The notes beneath the pieces were generated by a model. It had not been told where the DNA came from. It did not search any database and saw only the letters and a list, made by a program, of their open reading frames with translations. A stretch of 64,000 bases of DNA from an uncultured delta proteobacterium (GTDB lineage: Bacteria > Desulfobacterota > Binatia > Binatales > Binataceae), in contig CAVURG010000006.1 of the NCBI GenBank assembly GCA_963743865.1, forward strand, positions 2,624,107-2,688,106, written 5' to 3'. A program made the translations under genes and the position numbers. How positions within the stretch are numbered: position 1 is the first letter of the stretch; the number at the start of each line of letters is the position of its first letter. Below, in pieces: positions 20,764 to 40,805 of the stretch.

Positions 20764-21103
20764 TCAGGACGCCCGCTCGTCCACGATTACCGTCAGATGG
20801 CTGGTGCGTTTGTGGATCGGCGTCGCGTGCATATGGGCGCGCATGAGCGAACGCTTCCAGGTCGGCCCGGTGTCGGCGGTCGCGCGTTTTACGAACAACT
20901 TGTCCTCGTCCACGTTCTGCTGATCGCGCGCGTTGGCGATTGCGGCCAGCAAGGTTTTCGAGACGAACCTGGCGCGCCTTCTTGGGCGTGAACTCGAGAA
21001 TCGACAGCGCCTGATCGACTTTCTTGCCCGCGATCAGCTCGCACACCAGCTTGAGCTTGCGCGGCGAGATTCTGATGAAGCGGGTTCGCGATACGGATTC
21101 CAT
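20764..21103 (-). pseudogene. rplV: 50S ribosomal protein L22, one frameshift near 20985 (as assembled)
   Basis: ATG at 21101-21103 gives [44 protein letters not shown]. The rest, LLAAIANARDQQNVDEDKLFVKRATADTGPTWKRSLMRAHMHATPIHKRTSHLTVIVDERAS (ORF 20764..20952), is in another frame. Confidence 0.88.
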
Positions 21104-21122
21104 GATGTTACAACTTCCCCGC

Positions 21123-21458
21123 TTATGCCTTGGCCGCGCGCCGGAGGCGGTGCGGCCGGCGCGGCGGCGGCCGGCCGGCTTGCACTTCGCCCTTGCGATC
21201 GCCGGCATGACCGTGGAAGGTCCGCGGTCGGCGCAAATTCGCCGAGCTTGTGGCCGACCATGTTCTCGGTGCAGTACACCGGGATGAACTTGTGCCCGTT
21301 GTGGACCGCGAACGTGAGCGCGATCATGTCCGGGCGTTATCATCGAGCGCCGCGACCAGGTCTTGATGATTCGCTTGTCGCCCGAGGCGGACGCGGCGGC
21401 GCCTTTTCTTGAGCAGATGCCCGTCAACGAACGGACCTTTTTTTAGTGACCTGGCCAT
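21123..21458 (-). pseudogene. rpsS: 30S ribosomal protein S19, about three frameshifts (as assembled)
   Basis: MARSLKKGPFVDGHLLKK / [19 protein letters not shown] / [35 protein letters not shown] / [12 protein letters not shown]... lie in successive different frames (ORFs 21324..21860, 20591..21427, 21034..21327). The candidate stop is TAA at 21123-21125. Confidence 0.85.
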
Positions 21459-21463
21459 AACGA

Positions 21464-22296
21464 TTAATGCTTCCCGCGCGGCCGGCGGCTGACGATCAGA
21501 TTGTCCGACGGCTGCTTCTTGCGCGTCTTGTATCCCTTGGCCGGCTGTCCCCACGGCGACTGGGGATGGTTGCCCTTCGAGCGGCCCTCGCCGCCGCCGT
21601 GCGGATGATCGACCGGGTTCATCGCGACTCCGCGCACGTGACCGCGCTTGCCGAGCCATCGCGAGCGCCCGGCCTTGCCGATAGAAATATTTTCGTGGTC
21701 GAGATTGCCGACCTGGCCGATGGTGGCGCGGCATTCCGCCTGCACCATCCGCTGCTCGCCCGAGGGCAGCTTGAGCAGCGCCATCTTGCCCTCTTTCGCC
21801 ATCAACTGCGCCTGCACACCCGCGCCGCGCGCGAGCTTGCGCGCCGGCTCCCGGCTTCATCTCGATGGCGTGAACGATCGGTGCCGAGCGGGATGTTCTT
21901 CAGCATGAGCGCGTTGCCCGGCTTGATATCGGCGTTCTCGCCCGACTCGACCTTGGCGCCGACCTTGAGCCCGTCGGGCGCCAGGATGTAGGTCTTGACG
22001 CCGTCGGCATAGTGGAGCAGCGCGATATTGGCGGAGCGATTCGGATCGTATTCGAGCGCGAAGACGACGGCCGGAATACCGTCGCGGTTGCGCTTGAAAT
22101 CGATCAGGCGAAGGCGGCGCTTGTGTCCGCCGCCGCGATGACGCGAGGTCATGCGGCCGCGATTGTTGCGTCCGCCGGTGCGCTTGACCGGGACCAGCAG
22201 GCTTTTCTCGGGCTCTTTTTTGCTGAGCTCGGAGAAATCCGCTATCTGCATGAAGCGCTGGCCGGGAGTGCGCGGATTTAATTGTATGACTGCCAT
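21464..22296 (-). pseudogene. rplB: 50S ribosomal protein L2, two frameshifts near 21875 and 21835 (as assembled)
   Basis: N-terminal 164-aa ORF 21802..22296 ([24 protein letters not shown]...), a short middle piece MKPGAGAQ in a second frame, and C-terminal ORF 21464..21817 (...[27 protein letters not shown]...). 833 nt minus 2 gives 277 codons, the usual L2 size. Confidence 0.9.
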
Positions 22297-22368
22297 TCTT
22301 CTTTTTTCAGTATCTCTACTGTCCAGCTACGAACTCTCGTCCCAGGCATCGCGTCGATGCAGTTCCGT

Positions 22369-22659
22369 TTACAGACCTTCGAAGAATTCGATCTTGTCGC
22401 CTTCCTTGAGGGTCACGTAGGCCTTCTTCCAGTCCATCTGGCGGCCCTTGATTGCGCCCTTTTTGCGTTCCTTGCCCATGAAGTTCGAAGTGCGGACCTT
22501 GAGCACGGTGACCTTGAACAGATGCTCGACGGCCTCGCGAATCTTGTCCTTGCTCGCCCCGGGGCGCACGCGGAACAGCACCTGGCCGGCCTTTTCGCTG
22601 GCCATGGTGCCCTTCTCGGTGATGATGGGCGCGAGAATCAGACTCTCGGGGCTGCTCAT
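22369..22659 (-). CDS. rplW: 50S ribosomal protein L23
   Basis: 96-aa intact ORF, ILAPIITEKGTMASEKAGQVLFRVRPGASKDKIREAVEHLFKVTV... Confidence 0.94.
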   Translation of the reverse strand: MSSPESLILAPIITEKGTMASEKAGQVLFRVRPGASKDKIREAVEHLFKVTVLKVRTSNFMGKERKKGAIKGRQMDWKKAYVTLKEGDKIEFFEGL

Positions 22660-23316
22660 TTCGCTTCTCCGGCAAATCGGGCTTCGATCGCCTTGGCGGT
22701 CCGACTGGTCATCACGAGTTCCCGGTAATTGAGCACGTCGTAAACGTTAAGCCCTTCGAGCGCGAGCACCTTGTGCGCGGCGAGGTTGCGCGCGGCGAGA
22801 AAAAACTTGCCATCGCCTTCGCCCATCACTATCAGCGCGTGCTCGAGGCCGAGCTTGTCGAGCGCGGCCTTGGCGGCTTTGGTTTTGGGCTCGGACAGAT
22901 CAAGCGACTCGACGACGAACAGCTTGCCGTTGCGGGCGCGATCGGAAATCGCGAGGCAGAGCGCGGCGCGCCACGCCTTTTTCGGCATCTTGTACGAATA
23001 GTCGCGCGGCTGCGGGCCGAAGATGGTTCCGCCGTGACGCCATATCGGCGATCGCGTCGATCCCGCGCGCGCGCGTCCGGTTCCCTTCTGCCGCCACGGC
23101 TTGCGGCCGCCGCCGGAGATGAGTCCCTTGGTCTTGGTGGACGCGGTTCCCGAGCGGCGATTGGCAAGCTGCATCCGGACCGCCTCGTGCAGCAGCGACA
23201 GATCGCCGTCGCGGCCGAAGACTGCGCCTGCGACTTCGAGCTCGCCGACTTTTTCATGGGCGGCCGAGTACAGCGGCAGCTTGACCGGCGATAGCTTTTC
23301 GTTTCCGCTCAGGCAT
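22656..23316 (-). pseudogene. rplD: 50S ribosomal protein L4, frameshift within the first ~10 codons (as assembled)
   Basis: RBS aggtgg plus ATG at 23314-23316 gives MPE... in one frame. The L4 body KLPLYSAAHEKVGELEVAGAVFGRDGDLSLLHEAVRMQLANRRSGTASTKTKG...GGRKPWRQKGTGRARAGS (continuing into ORF 22656..23174) is in another. Confidence 0.87.
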
Positions 23317-23327
23317 TGCCGCCACCT

Positions 23328-23982
23328 TCACATTGGCGCGGCGGCGCGGGCGGGCCGCGTGATGAACGACGAGCAAAGCGCCGTCGGGTCCGGGCACCGC
23401 GCCCGAGACGACGACTGCGTTGTCGTCGGGCAAGTATCTCGAGCACTTCGAGATTCAGGATCGAGGCAGTCTCATTGCCCATCTGCCCCGCCATCCTCAT
23501 CCCCTTGCGCACGCGTCCGGGATACGAGCGGTTACCGATCGATCCGCCGTGGCGGAAATATTCGTGGGTGCCGTGCGAGCCGGGAAAGCCGGAGAAATGA
23601 TGGCGCTTGATGACGCCCGCGTAGCCGTGGCCCTTGGAGACGCCGGTTACGTCGACCTGATCGCCGACCTTGAACACGTCGGCCGCCGCGATCGCCTGTC
23701 CGAGCTTCAACTCGCCCTCGCCGCGGCGTTCGAACTCGCCCGATCTGATTCCGGGCGCGATCTTGGCCTTGGCGAAATGGCCGCGCAGCGCCGCCGGTCA
23801 CGCGGCTGAGCTTTTTCTTGCCGAAGGTCACCTGCACGGCTTCGTAGCCGTCAGTCGCCGCGGTCTTCAGCTGCGAGACGGTGCAGGGACCGAGCGTGAA
23901 CGACGGTGACGGCGCGAACGCGACCCGGCGCGTCGGTCATCTGGGTCATCCCGATTTTCTTTCCAATCAGTCCGGTCAGCAT
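23328..23982 (-). pseudogene. rplC: 50S ribosomal protein L3, about four frameshifts (as assembled); 3' end tentative
   Basis: ATG at 23980-23982 gives MLTGLIGKKIGMTQMTDAPGRVRAVTVVHA. Frame changes follow near 23890 (GPCTVSQLKTAATDGYEAVQVTFGKKKLSRVT), 23790 (ALRGHFAKAKIAPGIRSGEFERRGEGELKLGQAIAAADVFKVGD...RSYPGRVRKGMRMAGQMGN) and 23440 (PDDNAVVVSGAVPGPDGALLVV). A TGA at 23328-23330 just before the rplD RBS fits four +1 events (655-4=651 nt). Confidence 0.82.
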
Positions 23983-23988
23983 CGGCCG

Positions 23989-24297
23989 CTACTCGAGCTT
24001 GATTTCGACGTCCACGCCCGCGGCCAGGTCGAGCTTGCCCAGCGCGTCGATGGTCTGCTGGGTCGGCTCGATGACATCGAGCAGCCGCTTATGAGTGCGA
24101 ATCTCAAAATGCTCGCGCGACTTCTTGTCCACGTGCGGCGAGCGGTTGACGGTGAAGCGCTCGATTCGGGTCGGCAGCGGAATCGGACCGGCGACCCGTC
24201 CGCCGGTGCGGCGGATAGTGTCGACGATTTCGCGCACCGACTGATCGAGCAGGCGGTAGTCGTACGCCTTGAGACGTATGCGTATCTTGTCGTTCAT
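23989..24297 (-). CDS. rpsJ: 30S ribosomal protein S10
   Basis: [75 protein letters not shown]...; an internal ATG of ORF 23989..24363 is chosen to give the canonical 102 aa. Confidence 0.95.
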   Translation of the reverse strand: MNDKIRIRLKAYDYRLLDQSVREIVDTIRRTGGRVAGPIPLPTRIERFTVNRSPHVDKKSREHFEIRTHKRLLDVIEPTQQTIDALGKLDLAAGVDVEIKLE

Positions 24298-24379
24298 CCT
24301 GGAAAACCGCGCCCGATTCGTCAAGCGCTCCGCGTCCCGATCTCCGCTCGAGTTGCGCACCACTTGCTCTCGGTGTCCG

Positions 24380-25583
<1,204 letters not shown>

Positions 25584-25609
25584 GTGTAACCTCCGATTGA
25601 GCGCGTTGC

Positions 25610-27715
25610 TCACGAGTCGTTATGCACGCGCGCGCGAATCGCCTCGCTTCGGCGTTGCGCGCCGTCAATTCTTCGAAAATATTTTGCGGTACCGGTTCGT
25701 ACGCGCCGAACTGCATCGTGTAAGTTGGCGCGGCCCTGGGTCATCGAGCGCAGCCGCGTGGCGTAACCGAACATGGTGGCCAGCGGGACGCGCGCCTCGA
25801 TCACTTGCGCGCCGGCGCGATTTTCCATGTCCAGAATCTTGCCGCGCCGCGAGTTGAGATCGCCGATCACTTCGCCCATGAACTCCTGCGGCGTGACGAC
25901 CTCGACATCCATGATCGGTTCGAGCAGAATCGGCTCGGCCTTTTCGCAAGCTTCCTTGAACGCCATCGAGCCGGCGATTTTAAACGCGAGTTCCGACGAG
26001 TCCACCTCGTGGTACTTGCCGTCGAGCACGGTGGCCTTGATATCGACCATCGGATAGCCGGCCAGCACGCCGTTCTCCATCGCCTCTTTGATCTCCGTCT
26101 TCGATCGACGGAATGAAGTTGCGCGGAATCGAGCCGCCCTTGGTCCCATCCACGAACTCGAAGCCGACGCCCTTGCCGAGCGGCTCGATGCGCAGTTCGA
26201 CCACGCCGAACTGTCCGTGACCGCCGCTCTGGCGGACGAAGCTGCCCTCGGCTTCCGACGCGCTTGGATCGTCTCGCGATAGGCGACCTGCGGCTTGCCG
26301 ACGTTGGCGTCAACTTTGAACTCGCGCAGCATCCGATCGACGATGATCTCGAGGTGCAATTCGCCCATCCCGGAAATCAGCGTCTGCGAAGTTTCCTTGT
26401 TGACGCTGACGCGGAACGACGGATCCTCTTTGGCGAGCTTCTGGAGCGCCTCGCCGAGCTTTTCCTGGTCGGCCTTGGTCTTGGGCTCGATTGCGATCTG
26501 GATGACCGGCTCGGGAAACTCGATCGACTCGAGTACAATCGGTGCGGCCGGATCGCATAGCGTGTCGCCGGTGGTCGTATCGCGCAGTCCGACCGCGCAG
26601 ATGTCGCCGGCGTAAACCTCGGTGATCTCCTCGCGCTTGTTCGCGTGCATCTTGAGCATCCGGCCGATGCGTTCGCGCTTGCCGCGCGTCGAGTTGAGCA
26701 GCGACGAGCCGCTTTCCAGCTTGCCCGAATAGACCCGCATGAAGGTCAGCGTCCCGATGTACTGGTCGTTCATAATCTTGAACGCGAGCGCGGAGAACGG
26801 CGCGTCGTCGCGCGGCCATCGCTCTTCGATCTTGTCGCCGGCCTTGCCGACGACCGGCGGCAGGTCCAGCGGCGACGGCAGGTAGTCAACGACCGCGTCG
26901 AGCATCGGCTGCACGCCCTTGTTGCGGAACGCGGAGCCGAGAATCACCGGCGTGATCGCCATCTTGAGCGTGGCGGCGCGAATCGCGGTGCGAATCTGGT
27001 CGGGCTCGGGCGCCTTGCCCTCGAGATAAAGCTCCATGATGTGCTCGTCGTGATCGGCGAGCGTTTCGACCATCTTGTCGCGGTATCCGGCGGCCTGCTC
27101 TTTCAAATCGGCCGGGATGTCGTCGACGCGATACTTCGCGCCGAGCCGATCCTCGTCCCAAATCAGCGCCTTGCGATCGATCAGATCGATCAGCCCGGTG
27201 AACTTTTCCTCGGCGCCGATCGGCAGATGCAACAGCAGCGGCGTGGCCTTGAGCTTGTCGCGCATCTCCTGCACGACGCGCTCGAACTCCGCGCCGACGC
27301 GGTCCATCTTGTTGATAAATGCGATCCGCGGCACGCGGTACTTGTCGGCCTGGCGCCAGACGGTTTCCGACTGCGGCTCGACCCCGCCGACCGCGCAGAA
27401 CACCGCGACCGCGCCGTCGAGCACGCGCAGCGAGCGCTCGACCTCGATGGTGAAATCGACGTGTCCGGGCGTGTCGATAATATTGATGCGATGGTCGCGC
27501 CAGAAACAGGTGGTCGCCGCCGACGTGATCGTGATGCCGCGCTCCTGCTCCTGCACCATCCAGTCCATCGTCGCGGTGCCTTCGTGCACCTCGCCGATCT
27601 TGTAGTTGATGCCGGTATAGAACAGCACGCGCTCGGTGGTGGTGGTCTTGCCGGCATCGATGTGCGCCATGATGCCGATATTGCGCACCCGTTCTATTGG
27701 TGTCTGACGAGCCAT
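25610..27715 (-). CDS. fusA: elongation factor G (ORF open, but two internal stretches are out of frame)
   Basis: 701-aa ORF with an intact GTPase domain ([13 protein letters not shown]). Residues after AYRETI read as nonsense until [17 protein letters not shown]. The alternative frame there (ORF 25980..26204) gives [55 protein letters not shown], consistent with -1 near 26270 and +1 near 26093. The C-terminus after TQGRAN is shifted again (+1 near 25727; alternative frame [26 protein letters not shown]). Confidence 0.92.
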   Translation of the reverse strand: MARQTPIERVRNIGIMAHIDAGKTTTTERVLFYTGINYKIGEVHEGTATMDWMVQEQERGITITSAATTCFWRDHRINIIDTPGHVDFTIEVERSLRVLDGAVAVFCAVGGVEPQSETVWRQADKYRVPRIAFINKMDRVGAEFERVVQEMRDKLKATPLLLHLPIGAEEKFTGLIDLIDRKALIWDEDRLGAKYRVDDIPADLKEQAAGYRDKMVETLADHDEHIMELYLEGKAPEPDQIRTAIRAATLKMAITPVILGSAFRNKGVQPMLDAVVDYLPSPLDLPPVVGKAGDKIEERWPRDDAPFSALAFKIMNDQYIGTLTFMRVYSGKLESGSSLLNSTRGKRERIGRMLKMHANKREEITEVYAGDICAVGLRDTTTGDTLCDPAAPIVLESIEFPEPVIQIAIEPKTKADQEKLGEALQKLAKEDPSFRVSVNKETSQTLISGMGELHLEIIVDRMLREFKVDANVGKPQVAYRETIQARRKPRAASSARAAVTDSSAWSNCASSRSARASASSSWMGPRAARFRATSFRRSKTEIKEAMENGVLAGYPMVDIKATVLDGKYHEVDSSELAFKIAGSMAFKEACEKAEPILLEPIMDVEVVTPQEFMGEVIGDLNSRRGKILDMENRAGAQVIEARVPLATMFGYATRLRSMTQGRANLHDAVRRVRTGTAKYFRRIDGAQRRSEAIRARVHNDS

Positions 27716-27732
27716 CTAAAAAAACTCGGTGA

Positions 27733-28203
27733 TTACCAGCGATAGTGGGCGAACGCCTTGTTGGCGTCGGCCATTCGATGTGTGTCTTCGCGCTTCTTGA
27801 CCCCGCCGCCGCGATTGGCGGCTGCGTCGAGGATTTCGGCGGCCAGCCGCTCTTCCATCGACTTTTCGCCGCGCGCGCGCGCCGCCGCCACCAGCCATCG
27901 CATCGCCAGCGAATTGCGCCGCACCGGGCGCACCTCGCTCGGCACCTGGTAGTTGGCGCCGCCGACCCGGCGCGAGCGAACCTCGACCGCCGGACGAACG
28001 TTGTCGAGCGCGCGTTTGAAAACGACCAGGCCGTCTTCCTTCGAGCGTTCCGCGACGAGATCGAGCGCGTGATAGAAGATCTGCTCGGCGAGCGACTTCT
28101 TGCCGCGTTCCATCACCACGTTCATGAACTTCGCGACGGTGCGGTCGTGATACTTGGGGTCCGCCGGAATTTCGCGGACGCGAATTTGTCCTTTGCGCGA
28201 CAT
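27733..28203 (-). CDS. rpsG: 30S ribosomal protein S7
   Basis: 156-aa intact [45 protein letters not shown]... Confidence 0.96.
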   Translation of the reverse strand: MSRKGQIRVREIPADPKYHDRTVAKFMNVVMERGKKSLAEQIFYHALDLVAERSKEDGLVVFKRALDNVRPAVEVRSRRVGGANYQVPSEVRPVRRNSLAMRWLVAAARARGEKSMEERLAAEILDAAANRGGGVKKREDTHRMADANKAFAHYRW

Positions 28204-28209
28204 ATAACT

Positions 28210-28581
28210 CTACTTGGGTTTCTTCGACCCGTACTTGGAACGGCCCTTGCGCCGCTCCTGTACGCCGATCGAGTCGAGGGTGCCGCGAATCACGTGATAG
28301 CGAACGCCGGGCAGATCGCGCACGCGACCGCCGCGAATCAGCACCACGGAATGCTCCTGCAGGTTGTGTCCGACGCCCGGGATATAGGTATTCACCTCGA
28401 TCCCGTTGGACAGCCGCACGCGCGCGACCTTGCGCAGCGCGGAGTTGGGCTTCTTGGGCGTAGTGGTCTTCACTTGCGTGCACACGCCGCGCTTCTGAGG
28501 CGAGCCTTCGAGCGCGCGCGCCTTAACCTTGAAGCGCTTCTTCACGCGCGCCTGTCGGATCAACTGGTTTATCGTCGGCAC
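28210..28581 (-). CDS. rpsL: 30S ribosomal protein S12
   Basis: GTG at 28579-28581 gives (M)[59 protein letters not shown]..., 123 aa. The longer track ORF (to 28734) adds a non-homologous leader. Confidence 0.95.
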   Translation of the reverse strand: MPTINQLIRQARVKKRFKVKARALEGSPQKRGVCTQVKTTTPKKPNSALRKVARVRLSNGIEVNTYIPGVGHNLQEHSVVLIRGGRVRDLPGVRYHVIRGTLDSIGVQERRKGRSKYGSKKPK

Positions 28582-28711
28582 GTTATAATTCTCGTTTCTC
28601 TTTCCGTTTCGAGCAGCGTTTCCACCGGACGGTTCGCCGACTCTCGGAGCCGCTCGGCGCTCGCATCGCGCCGCCCGGTGTCGCCGGATTGCCTCTAGTG
28701 GGACGCGGTGT

Positions 28712-28749
28712 TCAAACAAACCCCCCAAGGACACTTATGCCCTTGGGGG
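28712..28749 (-). terminator. Rho-independent terminator downstream of rpoC
   Basis: Stem cccccaagg / ccttggggg (28721-28749, 9-10 bp, about 10-nt loop). On the minus strand it is followed by tttgtttga (plus-strand tcaaacaaa, 28712-28720). It lies between the rpoC stop (28784) and the rpsL start (28581). Confidence 0.8.
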
Positions 28750-28783
28750 AAACATCATTATGTACGGGACCAGACCCGCCGTG

Positions 28784-37193
<8,410 letters not shown>

Positions 37194-37361
37194 CAGCTAC
37201 CTCACCGTGCGTGCGCCACAAACTTCGGCGCGCCGTGAAGCAATAGAGGACGCGGGCGCGAGGGTCTCCCCCGTGCCCACGGCTTCATCGATAAAGACCG
37301 TTTGAAATCCGCGCGCGCGCGAAAGTCCCGCGCCTCGCGAATTTCCCGACCCTTTGTTGTG

Positions 37362-37381
37362 CGTCAAAAGGACTAAATCCT
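37362..37381 (-). terminator. weak hairpin plus T-run after rplL (possible rplL-rpoB attenuator)
   Basis: The minus strand reads aagga-tttag-tcctt-ttttg immediately after the rplL stop. The stem is only 5 bp, so this is tentative. E. coli has a partial terminator at the equivalent position. Confidence 0.3.
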
Positions 37382-37383
37382 TC

Positions 37384-37773
37384 CTACTTCAGCTCCACGC
37401 TGCCGCCGGCGGCTTCGAGCTTCTTCTTGATCTCTTCGGCCTCGGCTTTGTTGACGCCTTCTTTGACCGCCTTCGGCGCTCCATCGACCAGGTCCTTGGC
37501 CTCCTTGAGGCCGAGTCCGGTCAATTCGCGCACGACCTTGATCACCTGGATCTTCTTGTCGCCCGAGCCGGTCAGCACGACGTTGAACTCTTCCTTCTCG
37601 GGCGCCGCCGCGGCCGCACCGCCGGCCGCCGGAGCGGCTGCCACCGCGACCGGAGCCGCCGCCGATACGCCGAGCTCGGCCTCGAGTTCCTTAACCAGCG
37701 CCGCTGCATCGATCAGGCTGAGGTTCTTCAGATAATCCTTCACCTGATCGCGGCTGAGTTGTGCTTCTGCCAT
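37384..37773 (-). CDS. rplL: 50S ribosomal protein L7/L12
   Basis: 129 aa, Ala-rich hinge then [56 protein letters not shown]. Confidence 0.96.
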   Translation of the reverse strand: MAEAQLSRDQVKDYLKNLSLIDAAALVKELEAELGVSAAAPVAVAAAPAAGGAAAAAPEKEEFNVVLTGSGDKKIQVIKVVRELTGLGLKEAKDLVDGAPKAVKEGVNKAEAEEIKKKLEAAGGSVELK

Positions 37774-37888
37774 GTTACCTTCTCTCCTTGTTCACGCATC
37801 CGGGGAGATGTGGGAGCGCCCCAGGATTTTTCTTTTCAGTGAAACCTCGCGTGCTTTGTGCACACGAACGTCAAAATCGCTTACCTTG

Positions 37889-38476
37889 TCAGCCCTCAGA
37901 TGCGGGCTGCGCTGCTGCAGGCGCAGCTTGCGATGAATCTGCGGCCGGAGCCGCAGCGGCGGCGCCGTTCTTTTTTCCAATCGCGTCGATCACGCGCGCC
38001 AGGTACGAGCCCGGCTCGTTCAGCAAGCGGACCAACTGAGTCGCCGGCGCATTCAACAGGCCGAGCAACTGGCCGAAAATCACCGCGCGCGGCGGCAACG
38101 CCGCCAGCGCCTGCACTTGCGCGGGCGTGAGCGCCTTGCCGTCGAGCACCGCGCCGCGCAGCTTGAGCTTCTCGCCCAGCGGCCCGAACGAGGCGAAGGT
38201 CTTGGCCAGTACGACCGGATCCTCGTAACTGAGGATGAGCCCGACCTGTCCGCCGAGGTTGCTGTCGAGCGCCTCGTAGGCAGTGCCCTTGATAGCGCGG
38301 CGGACAAGGGTGTTCTTGGCCACGCGCATCTCGCCGCGTACGGCGCGCAGGCGCTTGCGCATCTCGGTCGATTCCGCCGCCGTCATCCCGCGGTATTCGG
38401 ACACGAGCGCGATACTGGCGCGGCCGAAACTCTGGTTAAGATCCTCGACCAGCGCGGTTTTCTCTGATTTCTTCAT
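37889..38476 (-). CDS. rplJ: 50S ribosomal protein L10 with Ala/Pro-rich C-terminal tail
   Basis: 195 aa, MKKSEKTALVEDLNQSFGRASIALVSEYRGMTAAESTEMRKRLR..., upstream of rplL. Confidence 0.94.
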   Translation of the reverse strand: MKKSEKTALVEDLNQSFGRASIALVSEYRGMTAAESTEMRKRLRAVRGEMRVAKNTLVRRAIKGTAYEALDSNLGGQVGLILSYEDPVVLAKTFASFGPLGEKLKLRGAVLDGKALTPAQVQALAALPPRAVIFGQLLGLLNAPATQLVRLLNEPGSYLARVIDAIGKKNGAAAAAPAADSSQAAPAAAQPASEG

Positions 38477-38511
38477 CTAATTATACCGATCCAGCTCCAA
38501 CCAACGAAAGC

Positions 38512-39225
38512 TTATGCGGCCGCCGCGAGCGCCTTGGCCGCCGCCTGCGCCGTATCGACCCGCACTCCCGGGCCCATCGTCGAGGAAATCGCGACGCTGC
38601 GAACGTAATTTCCCTTGGCGCTGGCAGGCTTGGAGCGAACGATCGCGCCCAGGATCGCGCGCACGTTGTCGAGCAGCTTCGACGCGCCGAAACTCAGCTT
38701 GCCCACGCGCGCGTGCACGACGCCGGCCTTGTCCACGCGGTAGTCCACCTTGCCGGCCTTGATCTCGGCGACCGCCTTGGCGACATCGAACGTGACGGTG
38801 CCGACCTTGGGATTGGGCATCAGGCCGCGGGGTCCGAGAATCTTGCCGATCCGTCCGACCTGGCCCATCATGTCGGGGGTGGCGATAACGCGGTCGAAGT
38901 CGAGCCAGTTCTCTTCCTGAATCTTCTTTATGATCTCGTCGCCGCCGACGAAGTCCGCACCCGCCTCGCGCGCCTCGCGCTCCTTCTCGCCCTTGGCGAC
39001 CACCAGCACGCGCGCCACCGCACCGGTCCCATGCGGAAGCACGATAGTGCCGCGCACGTTCTGGTCGGCCTGGCGCGGATCGACGCCGAGCCGCACTGCT
39101 ATTTCGACCGTCTCGTCGAACTTGGCGACCTTGTTATCGACCACCAGCTTGACCGCTTCTTCGAGCGTGTAGCGCTTTTCGCGATCGATCTTCTTGGCCG
39201 CTTCCTTGTATTTCTTGCCTGCCAT
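38512..39225 (-). CDS. rplA: 50S ribosomal protein L1
   Basis: 237 aa, [28 protein letters not shown]... Confidence 0.96.
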   Translation of the reverse strand: MAGKKYKEAAKKIDREKRYTLEEAVKLVVDNKVAKFDETVEIAVRLGVDPRQADQNVRGTIVLPHGTGAVARVLVVAKGEKEREAREAGADFVGGDEIIKKIQEENWLDFDRVIATPDMMGQVGRIGKILGPRGLMPNPKVGTVTFDVAKAVAEIKAGKVDYRVDKAGVVHARVGKLSFGASKLLDNVRAILGAIVRSKPASAKGNYVRSVAISSTMGPGVRVDTAQAAAKALAAAA

Positions 39226-39236
39226 CTTCTTTAGCC

Positions 39237-39662
39237 TTAATCCGTGACGTCGATGCCCATGCTGCGCGCGGTGCCCGAAACGGTATTGACGGCGGCGGCC
39301 AGGTCGGCCGCGGTCAGGTCCTTGAGCTTGGTCTTGGCGATTTCCTCGACCTGCGCGTGCGTGACCTTGCCGACCTTGTTCTTGTTGGGCATCGGCGAGC
39401 CCTTTTCGATTCCCGCGGCGCGCAGCAGCAGAATCGACGCGGGCGGGCTCTTGGTGATGAAGGTGAACGAGCGGTCGGCATAGACCGTGACTATCACCGG
39501 GATGACCAGGCCCTGCATGTTCTGGGTCTGGGCGTTGAAGGCCTTGCAGAACTCCATGATATTGACGCCGCGCTGTCCGAGCGCGGGGCCCACCGGCGGC
39601 GAGGGATTGGCCGCGCCGGCCGGAATCTGCAGCTTGATCGATCCGACTACTTTCTTAGCCAC
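39237..39662 (-). CDS. rplK: 50S ribosomal protein L11
   Basis: 141 aa, [44 protein letters not shown]... Confidence 0.96.
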   Translation of the reverse strand: MAKKVVGSIKLQIPAGAANPSPPVGPALGQRGVNIMEFCKAFNAQTQNMQGLVIPVIVTVYADRSFTFITKSPPASILLLRAAGIEKGSPMPNKNKVGKVTHAQVEEIAKTKLKDLTAADLAAAVNTVSGTARSMGIDVTD

Positions 39663-39751
39663 TTTAAAATCGTTCCTGGTTGCTCAGTCGCGAACGCCGC
39701 TTGCGCGCGCGAGCCGCGCGCATCCGGCGAATCGGGTGTTGTTTCGCTGTT

Positions 39752-40315
39752 TCAGGCCTTCTCTACCTGCACAAAGTCCAGTTCGACCGGAGTTGCGCGG
39801 CCGAAGATCGAGATCAGAACGCGCACTTTGCCCTTTTCCGGCTTGACTTCCTCGACGGTGCCGTTGAAGTCCTGGAAAGGGCCGTCAACGACTTTGATCG
39901 CCTCGCCCACCTCAAACAGCACCTTGGGCTTGGGCCGCAGCGCCCCCTCTTCCATCTGCTGCTCGATCTCTTCAACTTCGGACATCGGAACTTCGGGCGG
40001 ATTGGTGGAATGCCCGACGAAGCCGGTAATTTTCGGCGTGTTCTTGATGACGTGCCAGGTCTCGTCGTCGAGCACCATCTGCACGAAGATGTAGCCGGGG
40101 AAAAACTTGCGGCTGGAGACCTTGCGCGCGCCGCCCTTGCCGAGTTCCTGCACGCGCTCAATGGGCACCAGCACCTTGCCGATTTTGTCTTCCTTGTGGA
40201 GCGAGCGCACCCGCTCCTCGAGCGCGGCCTTGGCCTTATGCTCGTAGCCCGAATAGGTATGGACGACATACCACTTCATCGCGGGCTTGGCGGTCTCGGT
40301 AATCGGTTCAGTCAT
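39752..40315 (-). CDS. nusG: transcription termination/antitermination factor NusG
   Basis: 187 aa, KWYVVHTYSGYEHKAKAALEERV (NGN domain) and a C-terminal KOW (FEVGEAIKVVDGPFQDFNGTVEEVKPEKGKVRVLISIFGR). Confidence 0.95.
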   Translation of the reverse strand: MTEPITETAKPAMKWYVVHTYSGYEHKAKAALEERVRSLHKEDKIGKVLVPIERVQELGKGGARKVSSRKFFPGYIFVQMVLDDETWHVIKNTPKITGFVGHSTNPPEVPMSEVEEIEQQMEEGALRPKPKVLFEVGEAIKVVDGPFQDFNGTVEEVKPEKGKVRVLISIFGRATPVELDFVQVEKA

Positions 40316-40368
40316 CGCAATGAGCGGTCTTCACCAGAATGAGCAATTCTGCGTCCGGTCGTTGGTCC

Positions 40369-40572
40369 CTAGCGGAGCAGCATCTGCACGCCGCGAACCG
40401 CGAAAAAGTCGATCACTCCGAGCCACAAAGCCATCACAAACGTCAAACCCACCACCACAATCGTGGCCTGCATGGTTTCCTTGGGCGAGGGGTAATGGAC
40501 CTTGGCAAGCTCCGTCCATGCTTCCGTGACGAAACTTACGCCCTGATTGAAGTAACTTTTCAGACTATCCAT
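40369..40572 (-). CDS. secE: preprotein translocase subunit SecE
   Basis: 67 aa with a single C-terminal TM helix (ATIVVVGLTFVMALWLGVIDFF), positioned between tRNA-Trp and nusG. Confidence 0.88.
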   Translation of the reverse strand: MDSLKSYFNQGVSFVTEAWTELAKVHYPSPKETMQATIVVVGLTFVMALWLGVIDFFAVRGVQMLLR

Positions 40573-40628
40573 ATTTCGTGCCTAAATCAAGGACCGTGTG
40601 ATTAATTCGATTAAACCGCCGCTATTTT

Positions 40629-40705
40629 TGGCGGGCCAGCCAGGAGTCGAACCTGGAACCCTCGGATTTGGAGTCCGATGCTCTGCCAATTGGAGCTACT
40701 GACCC
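40629..40705 (-). tRNA. tRNA-Trp (anticodon CCA), 3' CCA encoded
   Basis: Hand-folded cloverleaf: acceptor GGGTCAG/CTGGCCC, D arm GCTC/GAGC, anticodon stem TCGGA/TCCGA with loop CTCCAAA, T arm CCAGG-TTCGACT-CCTGG. Confidence 0.93.
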
Positions 40706-40805
40706 TTTTTTCAATGTGCTGTCGGGCGTCGAGGCTCAGTCAACCCCGAACCCATTTTCCCCAATCTACCAGCAAGCGTGAGTGGCTCACTCGAACTTGG
40801 ACCGG

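Noticed and set aside
38477-38511. Expected L10 (rplJ) leader or autoregulatory structure
   Set aside because: Only 35 nt separate rplA and rplJ, too short for the known L10-leader fold, and no structure was evident.
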